Shown in pieces: positions 1 to 7,600 of a stretch of 64,000 bases of DNA (the first letter of the stretch is position 1; each line of letters opens with the position of its first letter). The DNA comes from an uncultured Clostridia bacterium (GTDB lineage Bacteria; Bacillota; Clostridia; Christensenellales; UBA1242): assembly GCA_934754375.1 (NCBI GenBank), contig CAKVHT010000002.1, positions 11,257 through 75,256 on the forward strand, given 5' to 3'. The position numbers were made by a program, and so were the translations under genes. Under the pieces are notes generated by a model. The model had not been told where the DNA came from and did not search any database. It worked only from the letters and a program-made list of their open reading frames with translations.

Positions 1-2
1 TA

Positions 3-545
3 GATAACTTAAACAAACGTTTGCAAATGACAATCAATCCATATTTCTCTGGTGTTGAACTTTCAACAGATTTCACCAAATATCATGTAAATGACAAAGT
101 TATGCAAATACAAAACAACTATGAAATGGAATATGTCAAATACGAAGATAATGGAACAACTCAACAAGGGACAGGTGTGTTTAATGGCGACATCGGCTAC
201 ATTTCAAGGATAGATCCAGAAACAAGGGAAGTTACAATTAGGTTTGATGATGGAAAAATTTGCAGGTATGCTCAAACTGACCTTTATCAAATTACACTTG
301 CGTATGCAATTACAATTCACAAAAGCCAAGGCAGTGAATTTGATTGTGTCGTTATTCCTCTTGTGCCTGGCGCACCAATCATCATCACAAGGAACTTGCT
401 TTACACCGCAATCACACGTGCAAAGAAAACTGTTGTTCTGGTTGGCAGTAAACAAATTTTGGCAAGAATGATCCATAACAATTACACCGCTAAAAGATTT
501 ACACTTTTGAAAGATTTTATAATTGAAGAATTTCAAGACATGTAA
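3..545 (+). CDS. recD2: RecD2-like SF1 DNA helicase, C-terminal fragment (5' end outside window)
   Basis: Frame open from the window edge. C-terminal helicase motifs AYAITIHKSQGSEF and LLYTAITRAKK are typical of RecD/TraA-family helicases. TAA stop. Confidence 0.8.
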   Translation, partial: DNLNKRLQMTINPYFSGVELSTDFTKYHVNDKVMQIQNNYEMEYVKYEDNGTTQQGTGVFNGDIGYISRIDPETREVTIRFDDGKICRYAQTDLYQITLAYAITIHKSQGSEFDCVVIPLVPGAPIIITRNLLYTAITRAKKTVVLVGSKQILARMIHNNYTAKRFTLLKDFIIEEFQDM

Positions 546-743
546 AAAAATAAAATAATAACACTAAAAAATAATTTAAACATCTAAAATGCAATAAAAA
601 AATATTATTTTAAATAAAAAACATTATTTTAAATATTATTTTAATTAAATTTTTAAATATTTTTTAAATATTATTAAAAATATTAATTGTTTTACAGTTC
701 GCTTACATATAGTATTTTAAAAGCATTTAAAAATTTATTAAAC

Positions 744-775
744 AAAAAAGTGGCAGATTTATTACCACTTTTTTT
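744..775. terminator. Bidirectional hairpin terminator between convergent recD2 and comFC
   Basis: AAAAAAGTGG (744-753) pairs with CCACTTTTTT (765-774) around an 11-nt loop. The A-run and T-run allow function on both strands. Confidence 0.55.
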
Positions 776-845
776 ATTTGAAATAAATAAGTCAAATTTT
801 AATACATTAATAATTTAAAATATAATTAATTTTACAAGCATTTTA

Positions 846-1589
846 TTAGTATTTTTTATTAATATTAGTATGTGCAAAAGTAAGCACATAAATTTTTGAT
901 ACACCTGCTGTTTTCAAGATTTTGCTTACTTCGTTTGTTGTGGCGCCGGTTGTAAAAATATCATCAATCAACAAAACGGTTGAATCTTTCAATAAGTCTC
1001 TGTATTCTTTCTTTACTTTAAAGCAGCCTTTGACATTTTCTTGTCTGTCATGATAGTCCAAACTGGCCTGATTTAAATTTTCTTTTACCTTTTCCACAAC
1101 ACCTGCCACAGGGGCTGAAAAATGTGATGCAATATATTTTGCCAAAAGCTCAGCTTGATTAAAACCACGCTGTTTTTGCCTTTCCTTTGTCATAGGCACA
1201 TAACTTATCAAGTCAAGCTCAATACCCCAACTTGCCAGTGTTTCACACATATATTCGCCAATCGGTTCGTAAATTGGCTTGTTGCCATTGTATTTAAAAT
1301 CATGAACAGCATTTGCAACTTTGCCAGAATATTCAAAAACGGCAACAGCTTGCTCAAATTCATAATTTTTTGTTTTGCATTCAAAGCAAACACCCGTTTC
1401 GCCCTTATTCATAACATTGCCACATTTTGGGCATGCAGAATAAATAAACGGCAATTTGTCGGCACAATTTTCACATGTATCCTTATCGGCATTTTCATTC
1501 AATTCACCACCGCAAAAGATACACTTTATATGCCTTGGATAAAATATATCTAGCAACCACTCTTTAAAATTCTTTTTGTTTTTCATCAA
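846..1589 (-). CDS. comFC: ComF-family protein (ComFC-type, phosphoribosyltransferase-like)
   Basis: N-terminal Cys clusters (CIFCGGEL..CENC..CPKCG..CFEC) and a C-terminal PRTase motif VLLIDDIFTTGATTNE. 247 aa. The start overlaps the upstream stop (ATGA). Confidence 0.85.
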   Translation of the reverse strand: MMKNKKNFKEWLLDIFYPRHIKCIFCGGELNENADKDTCENCADKLPFIYSACPKCGNVMNKGETGVCFECKTKNYEFEQAVAVFEYSGKVANAVHDFKYNGNKPIYEPIGEYMCETLASWGIELDLISYVPMTKERQKQRGFNQAELLAKYIASHFSAPVAGVVEKVKENLNQASLDYHDRQENVKGCFKVKKEYRDLLKDSTVLLIDDIFTTGATTNEVSKILKTAGVSKIYVLTFAHTNINKKY

Positions 1590-1792
1590 TTTTCCAATCC
1601 GATTAGATAGTCGGCAGACACTTTAAAGAAAACGCACAAAGTAAATAAACTTTCAACATTTGGCACACGGATACCCTTTTCCCATCTATTTATACATGCC
1701 GCACTGAAACCAGTTTGCTCCGCAAGCTCATTTTGAGATAGGTTCATTTCTTCTCTTAATTCTTTAAGTCTTTCAGTAAATTTATTATTCAT
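1586..1792 (-). CDS. XRE-family helix-turn-helix transcriptional regulator (68 aa)
   Basis: HTH_3-like sequence LKELREEMNLSQNELAEQTGFSAACINRWEKGIRVP. SD AGGTGA upstream. The TGA stop overlaps the comFC ATG. Confidence 0.8.
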   Translation of the reverse strand: MNNKFTERLKELREEMNLSQNELAEQTGFSAACINRWEKGIRVPNVESLFTLCVFFKVSADYLIGLEN

Positions 1793-1820
1793 TTTTCACC
1801 TAGTTAAAGACTAAACCAAA

Positions 1821-1855
1821 TGGTAATAAAATTTATCAAACTTACCATACGGTAA
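1821..1855. promoter_or_regulatory. Inverted-repeat candidate operator upstream of the XRE-comFC unit
   Basis: TTACCATACGGTAA palindrome (1842-1855) plus a third half-site TGGTAA (1821-1826). It lies between a TTGACT-18-TATCAG promoter-like pair (1864-1893, minus) and the XRE start. Confidence 0.3.
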
Positions 1856-1941
1856 CAAATCAACTGATAAAACATAACCATTAAGTGAGTCAATAATTAT
1901 TATCTATTTATATAAATAAATCCAAATAAAAAAATTAAAAC

Positions 1942-1966
1942 AAAAAATACACTCTTACGAGCGTAT
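1942..1966 (-). terminator. Rho-independent terminator after rplL
   Basis: The minus strand reads ATACGCTC-GTAA-GAGTGTAT followed by TTTTTT, about 20 nt after the rplL stop. Confidence 0.7.
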
Positions 1967-1986
1967 TTTCCATTTGGCATAAAAGA

Positions 1987-2355
1987 TTATTTAAGTTCAA
2001 CAACAGCACCAGCATCTGTCAAAGCTTTTTCAAGAGCTTTAGCATCAGCAGTAGGAACGTTTTCCTTAATTGTAGCAGGAGCGCCTTCTACCATAGCTTT
2101 AGCTTCCATCAAGCCAAGACCTGTAGCTTCACGTACTGCTTTAATAACTGCAATTTTGTTTGCGCCAACTTCTTTAAGCACAACATTAAATTCAGTTTTT
2201 TCTTCTGCTGCTGGAGCAGCTTCGGCTGCAGCTGGACCTGCAACAACTGCTGCAGCTGCACTAACGCCAAATTCTTCTTCAATAGCTTTAACCAATTCGT
2301 TAAGTTCAACGACTGTCATAGCTTTAATTTCTTCAATGAATTTTTGTTTATCCAT
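1987..2355 (-). CDS. rplL: 50S ribosomal protein L7/L12
   Basis: 122 aa. Ala/Pro-rich hinge ([21 protein letters not shown]) and conserved C-terminal domain [32 protein letters not shown]. Confidence 0.97.
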   Translation of the reverse strand: MDKQKFIEEIKAMTVVELNELVKAIEEEFGVSAAAAVVAGPAAAEAAPAAEEKTEFNVVLKEVGANKIAVIKAVREATGLGLMEAKAMVEGAPATIKENVPTADAKALEKALTDAGAVVELK

Positions 2356-2567
2356 AATTTTCTCCTTTTTAATTGATAATTGCTTGCAATTTAAGCAAGC
2401 TAAAAGGCAACTTTTATATCGCTAGATATAATTATCTCCTTTCCTATTGTGTGCCCAAATGTTTGACAAAATCAAACTTACAAATATTTGGCAGAGCACA
2501 AACCAAATTTTGTGGCTAAATGTGAATTTTCACAAAGCGATTTTATAACAATAAACTTGAATTAAGC

Positions 2568-3053
2568 TTATTCTTTTTCTGCGACCGCTTGTAATGCACG
2601 TGCCAAGCCAGACACTGGTGCATTGAGGACATATACCAACTGTGCAAGAAGTTGTTCTTTGCCTGGGATAGAAGCCAAAACTTTAACAGCACTTTCATCA
2701 AGCACTTTACCATCACAGTAACCAGCTTTGATTGAAAGAGTTGTGTAGTCTTTCATCGCATTTTTGATCAAGCGAGGAGCGACTGTTTCATCGTCCATAC
2801 CAAAAGCAAAAGCAGTTGTGCCATTAAGAGCTTCGTCAAAACCAGCAATACCAAGTTGTTCGCAAGCCTTTTTGAAGAGAGTGTTTTTGATAACTTTATA
2901 AGTTACGTTGTTTTCTCTTAAAGATTTACGCAATGCTGTATCGTCGCTAACTGTGATACCACGATAGTCAACCAATACAACTGATTTGCTTGAGCTGATT
3001 AAACTTTTGATTTCCTCTACCGCATTCTTTTTTGCTTCAAGATTTGCTGACAC
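2568..3053 (-). CDS. rplJ: 50S ribosomal protein L10
   Basis: 161 aa. Motif VVLVDYRGITVSDDTALRKSLRE. GTG start preceded by AGGAGG. Sits directly upstream of rplL. Confidence 0.95.
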   Translation of the reverse strand: MSANLEAKKNAVEEIKSLISSSKSVVLVDYRGITVSDDTALRKSLRENNVTYKVIKNTLFKKACEQLGIAGFDEALNGTTAFAFGMDDETVAPRLIKNAMKDYTTLSIKAGYCDGKVLDESAVKVLASIPGKEQLLAQLVYVLNAPVSGLARALQAVAEKE

Positions 3054-3215
3054 CTTATCCTCCTTTATGCCTTTTGAAGTTTATTTAAAAAATTCCTTTT
3101 GCCAAGACAAAAGGAATCAATACAATCGACATACTTTTCTCTCCTACACAAGCAGTTGCAAGCAACAATTATGTTTAAAAACACTTGTGGTCTTTGGCTC
3201 GAAATTTATTAAACT
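3054..3215 (-). promoter_or_regulatory. rplJ 5' leader (L10-leader-like autoregulatory region)
   Basis: An untranslated leader of about 160 nt lies between a consensus promoter and the rplJ RBS, and it contains a terminator-like hairpin. Firmicute rplJL operons are known to be controlled by an L10(L12)4-responsive leader. Homology to that leader was not verified. Confidence 0.5.
3086..3117 (-). terminator. Attenuator hairpin inside the rplJ leader
   Basis: Perfect 10-bp stem ATTCCTTTTG / CAAAAGGAAT (3092-3101 and 3108-3117) with a 6-nt loop. It is followed on the minus strand by TTTTT, about 30 nt before the rplJ start. Confidence 0.55.
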
Positions 3216-3221
3216 GTGTTT

Positions 3222-3250
3222 AGTATAACGCAATCGACACAGATTGTCAA
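3222..3250 (-). promoter_or_regulatory. Sigma-A-type promoter of rplJ-rplL
   Basis: The minus strand reads TTGACA (3245-3250), a 17-nt spacer, then TATACT (3222-3227). Confidence 0.7.
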
Positions 3251-3361
3251 CCGCTTTTTTTAAATTTTACATTAAATTTTTGGGTTTTTATTTTTAACTG
3301 ATACTTAATTTTTTGTTTGCAACATAAATCCACTCAAAATTTAATATCAATCATAATTTTG

Positions 3362-4441
3362 TTATTTTGTATTTTCATTTTTTATGTTGAACTCACGTTC
3401 GTATTCTCCTGCAATATAATCCCAAGTCATATTGTTGTCTGCAGTTTCAGCATTAAATGTTGTAGCACTTCTGATTTTGTTGATATTTACACTATCAACC
3501 TTGACACTGTTAATCATAAAATCAGCATAGGTTGAAAACACTACTGGTGCAACATAGGATTTTTGAGTAACTCCTTCATGTCCTTTTGTTGCATCTGTAC
3601 CCAAATAGAAAACATATCCATTATGCTTCTCTATTTCATAAGACTTAAATTCACTGATTGTTTCAGCAAACGCATAATCAACCAATTTTGCCTTTATCTC
3701 CCACCCAGTACTATGTTCATTTTTATAACCTGGACTTTTTTCAAAATAGTATTTCTCAAAATTATCATCACCCATAGCATCGTATAAAGTTCTGCCAATG
3801 TCATAATAAAAGTCGTAATCTGTTGCAACACTTGATATTGACAATATTTCAGGTTGATATAATTGAGAGATGATATCATTCACGAAGTAACTTACTTTAA
3901 AGTCATTTTGTTGCAACCAGAAATAATCTTCCATATCTCTGTTAGACAATTTATATTTTAAAAAATATGTATTATTTCTTTGGTCTTTATAACCAGTTTT
4001 AACGCTAACAACCATATAAAGATTGTTTGGTTCGTCATCATAAACAAATGCTGAAGTTTTACATTCCAATCCACCATTTTTGATTGAATCAATATCAAAA
4101 CCTTGTTGTGATAAAAATGCGTAAGGGTGTGGGTCTCTTCTGTTCAAAACATAATTTGCACTTTCATTATATAATTGATATTCTTTAACTTTGAGCATTA
4201 AAGGAGAATATTCTTTTTCTTCAACTGGTTGCACAATTTCACCATGAGATGGGTCATTTGGATTTGGTTTTGTTATGTTGTTTGCACAACCAACAAATGA
4301 CACACTAATTGCGCCAGCAAGCACAAGTGAAAATATTTTTTTATAAATTTTTGAGTTACGCATTTTGTTGTTAATACGCATAGCCACCCTAGCAAGTAAA
4401 CTTTCTTGCTTTGTTTCATCAGCTTGATTTTTATGTTCCAT
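3362..4441 (-). CDS. Hypothetical lipoprotein (359 aa)
   Basis: Strong SD AAAGGAGA 4 nt before the ATG. A charged N-terminal extension is followed by KKIFSLVLAGAISVSFVGC|ANN (lipobox). No recognisable domain. Confidence 0.7.
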   Translation of the reverse strand: MEHKNQADETKQESLLARVAMRINNKMRNSKIYKKIFSLVLAGAISVSFVGCANNITKPNPNDPSHGEIVQPVEEKEYSPLMLKVKEYQLYNESANYVLNRRDPHPYAFLSQQGFDIDSIKNGGLECKTSAFVYDDEPNNLYMVVSVKTGYKDQRNNTYFLKYKLSNRDMEDYFWLQQNDFKVSYFVNDIISQLYQPEILSISSVATDYDFYYDIGRTLYDAMGDDNFEKYYFEKSPGYKNEHSTGWEIKAKLVDYAFAETISEFKSYEIEKHNGYVFYLGTDATKGHEGVTQKSYVAPVVFSTYADFMINSVKVDSVNINKIRSATTFNAETADNNMTWDYIAGEYEREFNIKNENTK

Positions 4442-4519
4442 AAAATCTCCTTTTAGGGCACATGTATTAACTTGTTCATAATTTGGTGCTAAAAGCGCCC
4501 TTAAATATTAATTCAAATC

Positions 4520-4547
4520 ATTATACCATGAAGACGAAATTTGTCAA
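4520..4547 (-). promoter_or_regulatory. Sigma-A-type promoter of the 359-aa lipoprotein gene
   Basis: The minus strand reads TTGACA (4542-4547), a 16-nt spacer, then TGgTATAAT (extended -10, hexamer 4520-4525). Confidence 0.65.
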
Positions 4548-4611
4548 GTACAAATACATTAATACTTTTTCGCAAACAAAACCAAAAGTGAATGATAGCA
4601 CCACAAACAAT

Positions 4612-4639
4612 AAAAAAGAAAAGGAAGTTTAAAACTTCC
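4612..4639 (-). terminator. Rho-independent terminator of the giant gene
   Basis: GGAAGTT-TTA-AACTTCC hairpin (4623-4639) followed on the minus strand by TTTTCTTTTTT. It begins about 28 nt after the TAA at 4668. Confidence 0.75.
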
Positions 4640-4667
4640 ATTTCCTTTTAAGCGAATTGACACTTTA

Positions 4668-7600
4668 TTATTGAATTGTGATTGAGCCACCTTCTCCATT
4701 TCTAGATTTCATAACAACTGTAACAGCTTCACTGAATTTTGTTGAGTATCCGCCATTTTGTTGCAATAGATAGAATGTTTCTCCAGTATTAAATAATTTT
4801 TCACTGTAAAACGAGAATTTTTGAGTCTCTATTAATGGATTAGAAATCAATGCGTCAACCATATCAATAAACGCATTTGAATTACCAAATGTTATGCCTG
4901 AAATTTTTCCAAACAATCCAGAATCAAACATATATCTAGTATAGAATTTTATATCACCACTTATATTACAATATTTGTTATCGTTTATTTGATGATTTTC
5001 ATCTTTAACTGTCAAGATAACTTCATGAATAGTTTCAACATCACAACCTTCTTCGGCAGATAGAGTATATTTGCTGTCAATCCTATACATCACATATTTT
5101 GTTGCATTGATTTTGCCTTCGTCGTTAAATCCTTTTGTATAGGTTCCATTAATATATTCATTGCCGCCTTTTACGTTTATGTCTATTTTAATATACCCGA
5201 TAGAATCCACCTTCAATCTGTAATAGTCACAAAAATTATATCCGTCATACTCTAGTTTCTTAAATTCGTCAATAGACATACCTTTAATTGTAGATTTGTA
5301 ATTTATATCCCCTGTCGATGTATTTACATCATAGATGTCAGCTAAAGTCATTTTAGTACCATTGTCAAATTCTATTTGATAATCTACCAAACCATCAGAG
5401 AAATAGAAAGTCTCTGTTTTTACATCAGGTATCTTCCATTTCTTGTTACCATTGGTTGTCTTACTCCTATAGTTTGAGGCATATATTTCTTGATTGAAAA
5501 CGGTCATAACTTTATTATCTGATGTCAACTCGTAACCACCTTCCCAAAGATAGTATGACACCTGATATTTTACAACACCTGGATGATTTGCATCTGTTTG
5601 ATACTCATAAGTTTCATTATCTTTTGCATTGCCTGTGAACATTGAACTATAAGGATTTTTGAAACTATAAGGGTAAATATCCATATCTATGTAACGTTTA
5701 TCGCTATAAGCGGAATTCACATCATCTAACCCATTTTGGTCATCTGCTATATAAGAAATTTCATAACACGCTTCTGGAATTTCTGTTATAGATTGTCTAT
5801 ACCTTGTTTGGTATTCAGTTGGCAAGATAATATAATTGTCACCATCGTAATAATAATTACCTGCATTGTTTTGAGTGTAAGTTCCGTCAGGATTTTGAAC
5901 ATATCTAGTTTGATAAATCAAATCCAAAACATAATACCCAGATCCGTTTTTATAGTAGTTTGCTGTTTGATCCTCAATGTACTCGACTTTTTCAAATGTC
6001 CTGATAACATAATCGACATTTATTGTTTTGCCAGTGGAGTCATAATTTTCATTATACACAAATCTAGCACGTTTACTTGGCATTTTGTTATTACCTGCGA
6101 CTGCATAATAAGCCCCTTCAAAATAATCATAACCCAAAATCAATTTTGATTTCTTTTCTGAAGATAAAGTTGATTTGCTGTAAGACAATGTTTCAGTAAC
6201 CACAGGAGCAATTGAAGAAGCATTATTTGTCAACTCTACACGATTGAGACTATATATACCATTTGAGTATTCAACTTTGTTGCCGTCATCTCTATTTGTT
6301 GCAAAACTATATGTTCCTGTTGATGGATTGTATTCGCCATAAACATAAGCATAGTTGTTGAATGTTACATAAGGCATTTCTACACCTAAATTATTCGCAT
6401 AATATGAAGATTCAATCATATTTGCCTGAATTTCAGTTGTTGTTGCTGTGAAACTATGTTTCCAATAATAACCTTCGCTATAAACACAAGTTCTTAAGAT
6501 ATCAGTTGAACTTATGTTGCTATCAGCTCCCCACTTGTCTTTTAATGTTTGAATTATTGTATCCTGTGAGGTGTCCATACTAAAGAATTCTACCGCGCCA
6601 TTAGTTTTATTGATAACCATCCAATAATTTGAGTAATAATCCAAAGGCCTTGAACTTGAATACAAATGATATGGTTGTCCATCAATAACCTTTACTTTGT
6701 CAGCAACCGCTTTTGTTTCGTTATCCTTATCCAAACTGATGTCTCGATAATACATGTTAGATAGGTATCCGACTTCACCCTCAAGGTTTTGGACAATTGT
6801 GCCTGTATTGTAATAGGTCATCATTTGTTCTTTTGCAATAACATTAACACCATAACCTATTGCGAATGTGATTAAAAGTTTCTTTATTACTGTTGTTTTA
6901 AGAAGATTTTTCAAAGCACCTTTCAAGAAAGCTTTTGCAAATTCTTTTGCCCCCATTTTTGCCCCAATTTTTGCTGTAGCTGCTAGTCCAGCGCCCGCAA
7001 CACCAGTAGTACCACCAGAAACAATAGAACCAAGCAACCCTATTACCATAGCAGCATCTGCTGCAACAAGAAGACTTTGCCAAATTGCAAGTTTTATTCG
7101 TGCAGCCTCATCTTGTTTTGTTGCCAAAATACCCTTATAGTCACTGCTTCCGAAACCATTAACCTCAAATATTGAACCAGATTCAGCCTGCTTAGACTCC
7201 TGATATTTAACTTTATACTCGAAATAAATTTCGTCATACAATTTTTTGGAACCATATTTTGGGTTCTCTTGATCTGTTATGCTTTCATCAAGATAATAGA
7301 AATTTTTAATTGTAATATAAGACTCATTATATCCCTGTTTAAATTTAGTATCCGGTTTCACAATATTGCCATTCTCATTATGGAAGATTTGTCCCCAACC
7401 AAATTTGGTATAGATTGTTGGAACATTTTCATAATCTTCATAAATAGTGTACAGAATTTGACCTTTTTCGTCCTTTGTATAGCCAGAGCCTTCTTCTGTT
7501 ACAGATTTAACAGCATTAATCTTGCTTGCGTCATAAATTGATGCAATAGAATCCCATTCTGCACCATTATTCTTTTCCATTGGAATAAATCTTTGCATTG

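Noticed and set aside
590-700. Degenerate ATTATTTTAAATA-type tandem repeats in the AT-rich spacers (also 24781-25139, 25443-25772, 42812-43137, 43603-43856, 49398-49731, 57691-58072), considered as a CRISPR array or minisatellite
   Set aside because: There is no repeat-spacer periodicity, no conserved repeat of 24 bp or more, and no cas genes. The pattern is low-complexity A/T sequence. Only the helical phasing of T-tracts was kept as a finding.
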